Notes: a model not told the origin generated them from the sequence alone. A stretch of DNA of 64,000 nt from Eledone cirrhosa (GCA_964016885.1 OZ024748.1:58466001-58530000), one strand, 5' to 3'. Counted from the first letter of the stretch, positions 14,740-28,712 are shown. Numbers and translations: made by a program.

Positions 14740-15439
14740 TTCTATCGTTATATATATATATATTCCATATATATATTCCGTCGTTATATATGTATATATA
14801 CTATATATGTATCCTATTATTCTTCTGTCATCTAGACAGTTAACATCAGAATATCTACTTATCTTGTATCTCATCTGCCGCTTCTAAGATCATTTCAGAG
14901 CTACACACCATCTTATTCAACTTACGTATTTTATGTCTTCTGCCAAATATCTCTTCACACACCTGCGACTCAGTCTTTAGAAATATTCTACTACATCTAC
15001 AGACAAATGTCCACCTGCAGTTGCTTCAGTGCTTTTTGTACTTATGTTATTTCCCGATGGAAATTTTCAACATGGACATTGTGTGAGTTTCAGATTCCAT
15101 TTCTTATTTCATCTCCCATTATGGGATTTATTTCACTTATTTGGATACAATAATTCTTGTCTTCTTTAATGTAGATTGACTTTGAAGTTTGGATACATAT
15201 TCCGCTCGGTATAGATAATTTCGTTTCGATTTTGCTTGGAATATCAGCCTACAGTACAAAACTATTTACGCTAAAAATGTGGGTTTGTGTGCGGGATTAA
15301 AATATTTCTGAAGCAAAGAAGTATGTGTGGGAAAACGGTAGAATGTGCGTGCCTCATAGGAATTGTGTTTGTAGAAACTGAGAGAGGAGGTGTGAGATAA
15401 CGTGTGGGTGGGGATACGTTTTACTTGTTTTAATTGCAT

Positions 15440-15542
<103 letters not shown>

Positions 15543-15722
15543 TGTATGTATGTGTATATATATATATATATGTATATATATTAGTAGTAGTGTAGTTTAT
15601 GCTATTAATTTCTCAGCGGGTTTATATATACTTTATATATTATCAATATATATATATGTATACATCCATTATCGTGTCCTCTTTGGATTTTGATATGTGT
15701 ATGTATTATGACTACACATACG

Positions 15723-15789
<67 letters not shown>

Positions 15790-15835
15790 AGTCATAATAT
15801 ACTTATATGTGCGTGTGTTTATATATATAGTCATA

Positions 15836-15931
<96 letters not shown>

Positions 15932-17056
15932 TCTATACTGCACCTTAAATCAATTATTGCATTCCAGCATGTCTGCACATAACACTATCTATATTCAAGA
16001 GAATTCGAACAGAATGACATAATAGCATTATTGAAGTAAATGAAATGAAAACTTTCATCTGGGGACAAACACGGTTTGGAAGTGTCGACTCTATATCTCA
16101 CGGCTTTATGCTGCCTACAAAAACGAATGTTACAACCACTGATTCTGTTAATTTGTTTTATATTCACAAAATGTCTCATATCATTATTGGTTATTCCCAA
16201 ACATGCTGATATATTCATTAATAAACACTGATTGATTTTCTTTCTGCTAGTCATTTCCTGAATCCTTTTTTTATTCCTACTACGTCAACCATCGGGAAAT
16301 TTGTATTGAGATTGTGTAAGGCATACTGAAATATGAGAGCGTATTTAAACCGGAATTTTATAGAATTTAATTTTGCTCGACTACGGTTCACGATAACCTT
16401 TATTTTGGCAGAATTTGTATTCTTATTTTGACGTGTTAATGTAGCAAATACCAGTAATATTTTTGTTAAAATTATATTTTTCCTTCGATGAAATTAGCTC
16501 AGAAATTTGGTAAATTTAGACCAAGATATGTATTACTATTTAATTTGTTTTAAACCAAGAGCATTATTGGAACTTACAATATTTAGACAATAGGAAGGAA
16601 GAGAAAGCAAACGCAACCACATGAACTAAAATGGCATTGCAACGTTATTAAAAGTTGTCACGTTTTAACCCATTGCCTACAACATTTGCTAACTCATCAT
16701 CTATAGGTTTCATAAAGTTAAACATTATTCACTTTGGATGACATCACCTCCTTCAGTATAATCAGTGCAATCCTCCTTATTATCATCATCATCCTCAACA
16801 TAATCCTTGCCCTCATCATTATCTTCCCCATCAACATCGACCATTTACAGCAACTATTTGCGTTGAACATTTTGAAGGTCAGACTATATTTCCCATTACA
16901 TCACCAGTGGTACAGTGGCTGTCTTCTTTTTCCATCGGTCTTCATTCTTCGAAGGAAGAGTCACTACACATATGTTAACAGCTCGGAGGTAAATAATCTG
17001 TATAATGCTCTTGCAGACCTGTCCGCGGGACGAAGCCCTTCTGCCCCAATGCGCTA

Positions 17057-18114
17057 GGCAAGTTGGATGTTGCAGCCATTCTCTACCCACCCGGGTCATT
17101 AGGAGGAAACATTACAAATGCTGTTTGCGAAGGAGCAACTCCTAAACAAAAAAGACGAACTGGTAACTGCATGCAAACTCCGATTGCGTAGGACTTACCT
17201 AGCCCTCAAACCCCTAACGACCCGGGTGGGTAGACAATGGCTGAAATATCCCACTTGCCGAATAAGATAGGAGAAACCCCATCTTAAATAGGTAGATGTA
17301 CCTCTTTTCTTTTCCTTTCTGTTTTCTTCTTCTCTTTGTCTCTTCCTATCACTTCCTTCCACTTCCTATCCACTTCCTCTTCCTTTTTCCCCTTTCGCCT
17401 ACCTCGAGGCAGCCCATCGGGCCTTTGTAGCCTCAGTCCCCCCGCCCGAGTAAATTAAAGATAGCATTGGCCGAAAACGCAATACAAACTAATTATAGCA
17501 GCTGTTTTAGACCCCAGAGATTTTGTATTACTTTTCACTACCCAATTCTATAATTTCAAATTTTTATTTATATATTTAGTATCTTCTATTCTCAACTTAT
17601 TAACCTATTCCATAGCATTGGCCGAAAACCCAACACCAACTAAATATAGCAGCTGTTTTAGACTCTCCATTTTTTTTTATCACTTATTACTATCCAATGT
17701 TATATTCTTATACATTTTTCCCTTATTTATTTATTATCTTGTAATCTCAATTGATTTATCTATTCTATAACGTCCCTTCTCTATTTTCTCCAGAACCCTT
17801 TTTCGCCTAATTTCTCAGGCCTAGTTTCATACACAATCTTTAGAATTTGCTGTATATAATTCACTTGCAACACTTGACCGGCTCCACCCACTCCCTCATT
17901 GTTCTACAGGCAAGTTCAGCCACCCACTGCCATGATAGACTTAATTGTGTTTACAAGAAATTTTGACCAATCCTCTTGACAACTACAATCTTCCCATATA
18001 AGGAATTACCCCTTGAAAAGTTCGGCTATTTATTTACCACACTAAACATTCTAATTTAGTCCAGAAATAGCCGTCGAAACGGCTGGAGCTATGCCGTCGG
18101 GCGTCATACATTAT

Positions 18115-18118
<4 letters not shown>
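17057..18118 (+). mobile_element. 5'-truncated and 5'-inverted Naiad-like PLE, parent of family F
   Basis: Peptide EETLQMLFAKEQLLNKKDELVTACK from 17103; 47-bp inverted arms 17057-17103 / 17213-17259; ends in the family F HHR and (TA)n. Confidence 0.65.
18008..18104 (+). ncRNA. Type I hammerhead ribozyme with U3-A8 core (family F, complete)
   Basis: acccc-TTGAAAA-gttcggctattt...aaatagccgtc-GAAA-cggc tggagctat gccg-TC-gggcgt (family consensus ggggt). Confidence 0.78.
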
Positions 18119-18158
<40 letters not shown>

Positions 18159-18620
18159 ATACTTTAACAGAGAAAGATTTAAGCAATACTCCTACCGGCT
18201 TACGTCTTACTCAACAAACATTAGGATATACCTTAGTATAATCACAATTATACGTTTGGTGTGCTAACTATATGTATTTTGCGGATATCCAGTTGCATTA
18301 TTTTATATGAGACATAATTAAAATACATCTCTCTTTCCAAACGATCATTTCATTATAAGTTTTCTACAAATTGGGAAAGTAATGTCCAGGTTATGTAGAA
18401 GCCTATCATAGTCGATAGGAATATATGTAGGTGGGAAATTATAAATCATCAGTGGATGCCCGACAATATCTATATAAAAAAAAACCTTACCGATATTAAT
18501 GTACAGCGATGGTACCCTTCCGTGCTAGAATGACCGCCAAATTTGAAATTCCAGCAGTCTCACAATCAGAAATCTCACACCGCCATCAAGCGGGAAGGGG
18601 AAGTCATCGCAAAACATAAA

Positions 18621-18662
<42 letters not shown>

Positions 18663-18699
18663 CGGAGAAAATATATTAGGAAAATATAACTGTATTCTC

Positions 18700-18745
<46 letters not shown>

Positions 18746-18870
18746 GAGAATACAGTTATATTTTCCTAGACAGTACATGCTAGAAACAAAAGCCTATGCC
18801 TGACATAACCGGATTAACATGTAAATCAGCGGTTTCTGTAACAGAATGCTCCATACTCATATTTATAAAT

Positions 18871-19053
18871 AATTGTTTCTACTTTAGGCACAAGGCCAGC
18901 AATTAACCAGTGTATTACTGGTACTTTATTTTATCGACCTCGTAAGGATGAAAGGCAAAGTCAACTTCGGCGGGATTTGAACTCAGATCGTAAAGGGACA
19001 TAAATATGCTGGAAATCATGGCGTCCGACTCTCTACCGATACTGCCAATCCAC
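18871..19053 (-). mobile_element. Full-length tRNA-derived SINE
   Basis: Reverse complement of consensus. Confidence 0.9.
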
Positions 19054-20792
19054 AGAAGAGGAACGGAGCCGATGAATAGATCGTATCAAGAAAATAAACT
19101 GCCATTGAACTTTTTATTGATGATAATATTGGTTTGCCGTAGATCCTAACGGAAAAGGCAATGTGCAATAAAGACTTTGATCAAAAATGCAACGTGTTTT
19201 ACATTATTGAGTCCAACCTCATAACTAAGACAGTATCTTCCCGAATGAATCTTTCGAACATTGTCACAAAGCCAGTAATTTACGGTGAAAGCGTAAAGAG
19301 GATTAAACGCTTATCTTATATTATTTTAGTGAAGTGAGTCTCGCTGGGATTTGACCGCAGGACGTAGAAATTCGTAACAGAATAGAGTACTGTCCATCCA
19401 CTGAGCCTTTGTCATTACGAAAATAATGTTTCATTTAGTTTAACAATTATTCTCAAAATTTCGCTCGGACTTCATGCGCGTTTGTCATTGCTAATCGTCT
19501 TGTTTACTTCTCAAATCAAAACTTCATTGAAAGTCGATTACTATTAATCGTGTTTGTCAAGCTTTTTAAACGTTTACATTTTCTCTCAATAGATTTATTG
19601 AAATGTTCTAAATAAAGCAATTTACTCAGCTTTATCTGTGTATATTTATAGTTTATGGTCAATTTAGTGCCGTTAATATCAAAACAATACAGAAATACAG
19701 TGCTTTGTCTGAATACATTACTTACGCAGTAACACAACAATTGTTTCTAATGTTTGCCCATTAAGAGACATTCTGTATACGTTTAACTAATGAATCGAAA
19801 AATAACTTACTTGTTACATATTTTATATACAATTAATGTGTTACTTTTTTCTCGTTGGATTTAAAATATTAACGTATGTAGATATTTACTAACTGGTTTT
19901 ATCATATGTGCTAATCTTATTTCATACTGACACACATATTGTGTACAAAAATGCATCAGGCCTCATAAACCTCAAGCTAATTTTAAGCTAATGACATCAA
20001 TAGTGAATAGATATATTTTATCACCTGCTTAAAAGTGTGGACCTGTTTCATAGAACGTCTTGTCTTCATCGTATTTAAATCTATATTGATATGATGTGTT
20101 ATATGGATGAAATCGTTTACTGGGGATATAACATATACTATTCCAAATATACACATTTTTATACAATAAGAATACTAAGGGTTTCACACTTAGACGGAAG
20201 GCTAGCAATTTTACAGAAGGCGAATATCGATGATATAGTCGCAAAGTTTTGACTAGTAGGGTATATAAAATATTTCTATTTAAATTCTCAATAGTACAAT
20301 GCCATTTGCACAAGTGCACATTGCTAAATTTAAACATTCCACTCGATATCTGCTAGCCTGTGATAATTACTTTAGTAGCTCACTTTTTCATGTACAACTG
20401 TTCTCCTATCATCTAGCCCTATCCTACTCCGGCATGCATCCAATATCCTATTCCAGTTGACTACAAAACCCAAAGATTAGGAGGTTTCCATAAGCAATTC
20501 TGCACAACTCAAGGAATTTGGGCTGTAAAATATAAGGTAACGAACAGTCATCAGACTGGGTCCAAAAAGGGTCCTTATATGGAAGGCATGAGGTTTCATG
20601 CCAAGGATAATATGAGTACAACTGTCGCTACTTTCGATCCTAGATGACCGAAATATAGGTACATGGCAGAGCCATCGAGAATGAGCGTGAATGCGCCCGC
20701 AAATTCCTAATCAGCATCTTAAATTCTAGAGACATTGTTGCCAACAGAAACCAATTGAATAATGGGTGTACAATGTAGTTGTCATGAAAGAA

Positions 20793-21143
20793 CCCAGGTG
20801 ATTATATTTCATCGACCCCGTAAGGATGAAAGGCAACGGTAACCTCGGCGGGATTTAAACTCAGAAAATAAAGGGCCGTAACTCTATGCTTCACAGCATG
20901 TTGTCCGACGCACTAACGATATTGCCAATCCGCTGCATACAATAATAATTATAATTGTTCCTACTTTTGGCACAAGGCCAGCAATTATTCCAATGCATTA
21001 CTTCTGTGCTTTATTTTATCGAACCCGTAAGGATGAAAGGCAAAGTTAATCTCCGCGAAAGTTGAGCTCAGAACACAAAGGGCCACAGCTCTATGCTGAA
21101 AAGCATGGTATCCGACGCTCTACCGATACTGCTAATCCACTGC
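20793..21143 (-). mobile_element. Two tandem tRNA-derived SINE copies
   Basis: Reverse complement of consensus twice, separated by (AAT)n. Confidence 0.85.
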
Positions 21144-21589
21144 CCTTAGCTGCCAATCAATCAATGGTTTCTAATTAGGTGCACGGCTTATGGATTGGGA
21201 CGGAAGCAGAAGTAATCATGTTTTATAGTGCCCAACACATGTAAGGAAATACAGTTAAATTATTCTGAGTAAAATTTTATTTATGATTAAAACTAAGATA
21301 TATACAGGTAAACAAAGTATTTTGCCTAGCCAGTGTTTATTATTGTTAAACCAAATAAGGTAAAGACTTCATTTGTAAGCAAGTTTCATTTTAATGAAAT
21401 ATTCAAAATATTAATATAACAACATAAATATATATTAAAACATCCCGCATAAGGTTTTTCTCTTCAAATGACATTTTCCATTAATATTTGGAGAAGCCCC
21501 CAAAAACAGAAAGCAAATAATATTTCAAATTATGTAACTCTAATTTATAAAACTAAATTTAATTATTACAATAAATTTACATATGGAAT

Positions 21590-22260
21590 CTGTAATCGAA
21601 ACTCTTCTAAATAGCTGTCATTTATCTTATTATCTAGTATTATATTATATCAATTTTAACTGTCAATTTCGTGCAACTGTAGACAATACGTAAAGGGTTA
21701 GACGTCTCTACTCTCATATGAAAATGTTTCACAATACTTTATATCTTCAAATAGCGTTACAAACACATAGTGTTGAGCAATGATTTGGTTCGCATTATAA
21801 ATATCAATTGTGATAATCTCTGATGAAAAGAGGATACTCAATAAGAATGTTAAACGCCGATATCAGTGGGTTCAATTAGTTTAACAAGAAAAACCTCATC
21901 CGAAACAAGCTCTTCATTCTCAGAAACACTTGGTAAGCGTTTGGTTACATGATCCGAGATTGAGGGTCATGGTTTGGGAAGGCTTCCACATCCTCTATAT
22001 TCAGATGAGAGTGCCTTTTCAGATTATCATTTATTCCGATGTTTGAAATTTGTTATTAATAGAAACACGTACAAATCATTAGAAGCACTTGAATGCACTG
22101 ACGCGACGTTTATTCCTCAACACTCTCTGAATTCCATAACTAAAGCATAAAAAAACTTTTGCAGCGCTGGAAGAATTTTATTGATTTTGATGAGGAATGT
22201 ATATTTGATTAAATTAGTGTGTAACTTGTGCTTTTGTCTCTCTATACCTACAACCAAAAA
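21590..22260 (+). pseudogene. Decayed, internally deleted mariner transposase
   Basis: IVIISDEKRILNKNVKRRYQW (21807) and HPLYSDESAFSDYHLFRCL (21989) resemble mariner TGDEKW and HPPYSPDLAPSDYHLF motifs; boundaries approximate. Confidence 0.7.
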
Positions 22261-22291
22261 CGACATTACTTATGCGATGCCCTAATAAATG

Positions 22292-22331
<40 letters not shown>

Positions 22332-23076
22332 GTATGCACGAATGTATACATAAATATATATATATAATATATATAGTGTGCGTATGCACGAATGTATATA
22401 TATATACATATATATATATAGTCACTTGGTATAATTACAAAAGGAATAATTGCTATCGTCCTAGTATTAATTTTAATTTCTTTTCAAGTGCCACTCCAAG
22501 AAGCGTGAAAAATATTTTTGTTTTTCCAGTGTGAAATTTTATCTAAATAGTGGAATGAGTACTTGAAACTAAAGGTGGTTTGTGTTGTTGTTATTCTGTT
22601 ATTATAAGATGCAGGTATTAACCAAAGATTTTGCAAAGAGCAGCAACATTTGGAGCTTGTACAAATTATAGAATATCAAAATAACTATATATATATATTG
22701 ACAGATATATGTATACTTTCATTGGAGTCATGTTTCGATTCTCCCACGTGATTCTGTTCCTTTTGATCAATATTTCAGATGTCTGAATGCATTAATATCG
22801 TACTTTAACCCATGGCAATGTATATGACATTTCAGCTACACTCATAAATCCACCCAGAAAAATCAGACAGACAAACACACACGCACACACATACACACAC
22901 ACAGAGCAAGCCACGTCGGTCACTGGAATAGTTCCTTTATTTTCCTCGAAAGGAGAGATATTAATCTCGAAATATCAGGACATGAAAAAATTAAGGTAAA
23001 AGTACAACCTCTGTTTCTTACGATTGATTATTTTCCAACCAACCCTGAATTATCGTAGCTTTCAAACTTCGAATTG

Positions 23077-23117
<41 letters not shown>

Positions 23118-23564
23118 CCCGTTCTGTGTGTGTAAAAGAGTTTCACTTGGAAAATATTCCATCCATCTCTGTCAAATTAAACACATAGCCAAAATAGGCT
23201 ACGGTTTGTAACATGAAGAAAAAATTATTTCATAATGGTTAATTTCGAAGTCACACACTTCGATTTTATAATCTTATAGGCTTTTGCACTAACAAGTTCC
23301 ATGACGGCCATTAAAGAGAGAGAGCGTTCCTTTTACACAGTTCTTAACTCTCCCCCTTCCACAACACGACGTTATGGGATTGTATGTGCGTGTGTATATG
23401 TGTGTATATGTGTGTGTGTGTATGTGTGCGTGCGCGTGCATGTGTGTGTGTGTAATTTCCATAACGGCCAGAGAGAGAAGGATGTGTGAGAGGGAGATAG
23501 AAAGAGAGGAGTGAGAGAGAGAGAGTAAAATAAAGAAAGAGAGGAGTGTGTGTGACGCGAATAT

Positions 23565-24030
23565 GATAAATACAGCGTTTATAATTTTAACTTATTTATT
23601 ACACTTCTTAACTCTCCCCCTTCCACAACGTCACGTCTTGGGATTGTGTGCGTATGTGTGTGTGTGTATGTGTGTGTGTTTGTGTGTGTATGTGTGTGTA
23701 TGTGTTTGTGTGTGTGTGTACGTGCGTATATGTGTGCGTGTGTGCGTATGTGTGTGTATGTGTATAAATGTGTTAATTGTAAGAAATAACAGACGATACT
23801 TTAGCGATAAATACAGTGTTTATAATTTTAACTTATTTATTACACTTCTTAACTCTCCCCCTTCCACAACGTCACGTCTTGGGATTGTGTGTGTATGTGT
23901 GTGTGTGTATGTGTGTGTGTTTGTGTGTTTGTGTGTGTATGTGTTTGTGTGTGTGTGTACGTGCGTATGTGTGTGCGTGTGTGCATGTGTGTGTATAAAT
24001 GTGTTAATTGTAAGAAATAACAGACGATAC
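23565..24030 (+). repeat. ~240-bp tandem duplication containing (GT)n
   Basis: gataaatacag..acacttcttaactctcccccttccacaacgtcacgtcttgggattgtg..aagaaataacagacgatactt occurs twice, plus a partial third copy at ~23330. Confidence 0.9.
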
Positions 24031-24384
24031 TTTTTATTCAAAAATTAAACTCTAAAGCAGTTTTGATGTCATAAATCATATTTTCAAAGTGAAAATCGTC
24101 ATTTCTTTAATACTTATTCAGAGGTTGAAATATATTTACTGTTTGTCTTTTGGTTTTTAATCAAATATTTACACATTGCTCAACCGACACTGCTAAACAC
24201 GATATTAGCAAAATTATTTTGTAAGTATGAAAATCTAATATATAATTCCCGTGTAGAAAAAGCAGATGATAAAATATACTTTTTCGTCTTGCTTATTATT
24301 ACAAAAATTTACATATTGTACACAACTATTTATTTCTTTTAATTGATTTGTATCAGCTTTATTCAATTACATATTTTCGGTAGA

Positions 24385-25837
24385 ATGCCTCGAAAAAGAA
24401 AGAGTAACATTGGAAAAAAAACAAAAAATACTTTTGCTTTGCGTTCTTTGCGCGCAAGCGAAACAGAAGAACAATGTGTGCTACGGCGTGCTCGCAATGC
24501 TGCGTCTACCTCGATCATCAGAGCATTACAAACAACTGAACAAGCAGAACTCCAGCGTGCTCACAATGCTGCCTCTACTTTGAACATCAGAGCATTACAG
24601 AAAGCTGAACAAGCAGAACTCCGGCGTGCTCGCAATGCTGCTTCTAATTCCAATAGCCGTGCTTTAGAGACTGTTGACCAAAGGGCAACAAGGCTTGCGG
24701 CTGATTCTCAACGGAAAATGCGTACTTATGTCTTTCCGAGGGATTCTTCCTGCTACTGGTCTAAGAAAGGTTTTCAATACAACCCTCAAGAGGACTACGC
24801 ATCCCATCCACATATCATCATTGGTAGTATATCAACTGTTTGCGTCCATTGTAATGCAATGAGGTGGCCAGCGGAATCTACCGGTATATGTTGCTCCAAT
24901 GGAACGGTTAGATTGCCTTATTTACAAGTCGGTGCCGAACCTTTGAATTCTTTGCTGCTTGGAGACCACCCTGATTCTAAACACTTTTTCAGAAATATAA
25001 GAGCCTACAGTTCGGCTTTCCAAATGACAAGCTTTGGTCATACACCAATAAAAAGATGGGAATTATATGCCCACATTTAAAGTGCAAGGCCAAATTTACC
25101 ATCAAATAGAATCACTTATTCCACAAGATGGCAAAGAACACAGTTTTCTCCAGATCTTCTTTATGGGCAACGGACCTGAAGAAATTGCACGAAGGGCTTC
25201 AGTTGCTAAAGGAACGACACCTTCTCTTCTGCAGCTCCTTCAATATATGCTTCATTCCATAAACCCGTACATCACCATTTTCAAAACTGCTTTGCAACGT
25301 AGAGATGCTAACAACAATCAATACAAGGTTGTCATTCGAAATGACCGCGCTCCACCAGGGCAGCATCAGGGTTGCTTTAATAGACCCCAAACCGATGAAG
25401 TTGCGGTGATTATAACACGTCCTAATGAGAGCGGTTCAAACCGTGATATTGTTATTGAATGGCAGGACTCGCATCTTCAAAAAATAAATGAACTTCATCC
25501 CGCATATGATGCTCTCCAGTATCCATTGCTGTTCCCCTTTGGCGACGATGGCTACCGCATTGATTTGAAAAAGTGTAATCCTGTAAGTTTAATGCAACTT
25601 ACACCAGGGAAAACCATTTCACAAATGGAATTTTATGCATTTAGACTTATGTTTCGCAAAAACGACGTCAACATTCTGCATAGAACACGGATGCTCCTCA
25701 ATCAATACTGTGTAGACATATTTGCTAAGATAGACACTGAACGCCTCCAATGGATAAGACATCATCAAAAGGAACTGCGTTCAGAAGAATACGGCAATCT
25801 ACGTGACGAAGTAAACCGAAATGATCAGAGAGATTAG
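24385..25837 (+). pseudogene. Helitron RepHel N-terminal region, one frameshift, truncated before the Rep catalytic motifs
   Basis: CVHCNA..CCSNG zinc motif, FFRNIRAYSSAFQMTSFG, MPTFKVQGQIYH, YDALQYPLLFPFG, QYCVDIFAKIDTERLQWIRHHQKELRSEEY; frameshift in the A-run near 25050. Confidence 0.92.
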
Positions 25838-27335
25838 AAATTGTGGGTGTTTATAGTTAAGTGCTAATTTTAACATTTTTTTAATTGAGAAACAATGTAG
25901 GGGAGGTAACTTATAATTATCGATTTATTCATAGCAATTTAACTTATTAGCTACAAGTAAAAATGGGGCTACATGACTAAGTTGGGTCAAAGATTCTATT
26001 GGCGAAGGAATTAGCACTTCAATGTTGACAGATAATGGTTACCTCCGTTCTATCGTAAATCGGTAGAGGTCGTGATTGAGTTATGTAATATGCTTCCGTA
26101 ATACAGAGATCACAAGTTTTCTTCGTCCATTAAAATTAAATCAGTGTTAATACTGATCTTAGCAAAGGCAATGTAGCAGAAAGTTGTTTTCTTTAAATAT
26201 AATATTTTATGATTTTCTTGATAGTCAAGGCGTATGTACGGTATTACATTACAATAGAAACTAAAATAAATTACTTATGTATTATACCTGCTGTTATTTA
26301 AGCTCAGGGTGGCATTCTTGGTCATACTTCCTTTTGCTACATTATTCTGTGTCCTTTCAGCGTTCATAAATCGGTGTTATTTGACATCTATATATAGGAT
26401 GTGGAACGTGTACATAAAATATTTACGCATAGAACGGAGCATAAATATATTAAGTTGACTTAAGGTACATCATTTTATTCAGTTTGCTTTAAGTACATGT
26501 GTACATTGAATCCCCTCGTTAGACACTGATACTTTTTTTTATATATCTCTCCTATATCTCATATCAAATCACTAACGAGAAATGATATCTAGTCAAACAT
26601 GATAAACGTAAAATTATCTAAAAGAGCATACGGTCCATAATTACAATTGTCCATAATTACGTTTTGTTCGAAAATGTAACATATCTTCTATGCTACACAA
26701 ACTGCACTAGTAAGTAAGATATATATACTTACAAGCGCGTCTTTATAGTGAAACCTTCCGATTATATCATTTGACAATAATTCATGTCTACATCGATATT
26801 TCTCTTGCCATAACAAGAAGAGAATTACGCACCCATATTCATACGGTTATATATCCATCCACACACAATCACACAAACACACTAGGCTGAGGTATATTGT
26901 CCCTAACGCGAAGAAATACCAATGATTCCTAGTAGACGACTGATGAGTGATACTCCTCTCTTTCGCCCGTAACTTTTATTTTTCATTATATATATATATA
27001 TATGCATATATATATGCATTCATGTATATATGTGTGTGTCCGCATGTATCTGTGTGTTTCTAAATATATTGTTAATAACTCCCTCTGGTCGAGCAATCTT
27101 TGAAGTGTGGGGACAGCTGGAAAGCTTCCATTACTCATACTTCTCGCCTTCTTCACCACCTCTTCTACGGCCTCGATATAAATACCCCCTCCGCCTCCGT
27201 GGTATTTTCTTCGGGGTTATAAGAGGCTTAGCTCTATTTCTCGACCGTTATATCGCGTGACTATCTCCCCCTCCGACTTTTGGGATTCTTTCTCACGTCG
27301 TGTAGACGCGTTCTTGAGACTAGTAAAATGAGGTA

Positions 27336-27425
27336 TCCTCTTGATAAGTCGGCAGACCTCGCAAGGACTCTATATCTTTATGATATATTGTTTTTGTTTA
27401 TGCCACGAAACTACGTAGTCGAGGA
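27336..27425 (+). ncRNA. Type I hammerhead ribozyme with U3-A8 core (copy 1)
   Basis: tcctc-TTGATAA-gtcggca...tgccac-GAAA-ctacgtag-TC-gagga; palindromic stem III ACTACGTAGT. Confidence 0.82.
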
Positions 27426-27930
27426 ATTTAGGAGCAGTTTAGGTATGATACATTTTATTACTAATTATATCTAAATGTTTCTTCTCTCTTCATAATGTAT
27501 TTTTAACTCTGATACTGGTTCAGTCTAGTTCAACTGAATTGGTCTGTCCCAGTCATTCATTGAGCAACATCGGTGAAGTTGGCACCCTTAACTCACAGTT
27601 GGGTGCGGATGCGTTCATGTATATATGTGTGTGTCCGCATGTATCTGTGTGTTTCTAAATATATTGTTAATAACTCCCTCTGGTCGAGCAATCTTTGAAG
27701 TGTGGGGACAGCTGGAAAGCTTCCATTACTCATACTTCTCGCCTTCTTCACCACCTCTTCTACGGCCTCGATATAAATACCCCCTCCGCCTCCGTGGTAT
27801 TTTCTTCGGGGTTATAAGAGGCTTAGCTCTGTTTCTCGACCGTTATATCGCGTGACTATCTCCCCCTCCGACTTTTGGGATTCTTTCTCACGTCGTGTAG
27901 ACGCGTTCTTGAGACTAGTAAAATGAGGTA

Positions 27931-28020
27931 TCCTCTTGATAAGTCGGCAGACCTCGCAAGGACTCTATATCTTTATGATATATTGTTTTTGTTTATGCCA
28001 CGAAACTACGTAGTCGAGGA
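27931..28020 (+). ncRNA. Type I hammerhead ribozyme with U3-A8 core (copy 2)
   Basis: Same sequence as 27336-27425, offset by 595 bp. Confidence 0.82.
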
Positions 28021-28117
28021 ATTTAGGAGCAGTTTAGGTATGATACATTTTATTACTAATTATATCTAAATGTTTCTTCTCTCTTCATAATGTATATATA
28101 TATATATATATATATAT

Positions 28118-28270
28118 AACAAAGAGGATGTGGTAAGATACCTGGTGGACCATGACACACCAGAGTGCTTAATACTTAGGGTAGTAGAGTGGGTAATAGG
28201 AAGAGAATCAGGACACCGGCGGCATAACTCCGGCCGGAGCTCAGCCGTCGGGGTTCTGATTCGTTCCCTC
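28118..28270 (-). mobile_element. Diverged family F fragment with fold-back
   Basis: gtggtaagatacctggtggaccat...gtagagtgggtaatagg, then an inverted copy after ccggccgg. Confidence 0.7.
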
Positions 28271-28654
28271 GTCTACGATTTCACAGAACTTATGTTTACT
28301 GAATCACCGAATTCGCAGACCAGACCCCTTCTTCCCCCCGTTAGACCTGTGCGAAATTCCTTCCTTGCTCACATTTCAACCAGGTTTGATGGTCTTTATT
28401 CTCTCGTTCACGATTTCACCGAATTTAAATTCATAGAAATCTGGGACTTGTCTCTTTCTGCATCACTTTCTGTTGCTTAAACCACTTTGTTTGTTTACCC
28501 TCGCGTCCCCTTTATTTACGTGTCCCAACGACTTTTTTTAGCCGGAGGTATATGGTCTTTAAAGCGATGAAATGCCTATGATGGTTGGAAGATCACTGAT
28601 GAAGGACAAACATTTTCATATGTAACCCATTTGCAACGCCGCAGCTCCATTATT

Positions 28655-28709
<55 letters not shown>

Positions 28710-28712
<3 letters not shown>

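Larger units (their letters stand above)
23085..25837 (+). mobile_element. 3'-truncated Helitron (5' region with GT-rich tandem units plus RepHel N-terminus)
   Basis: RepHel ORF; 5' boundary inferred from a Helitron-like start (TA)n-attcccgttctgtgtgtg; no 3' CTAG end found. Confidence 0.7.
27019..28095 (+). mobile_element. 595-bp partial tandem repeat with one HHR per unit (retrozyme-like / non-autonomous PLE)
   Basis: 27019-27500 matches 27614-28095 with one substitution noticed; TA-flanked; no credible ORF. Confidence 0.8.

Noticed and set aside
15985-16254. Possible host exon (89-aa minus-strand ORF)
   Set aside because: No recognisable domain or convincing splice context; small host exons elsewhere cannot be excluded
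27030-28069. Duplicated 76-aa and 64-aa ORFs
   Set aside because: Consequence of the 595-bp duplication; no recognisable domain
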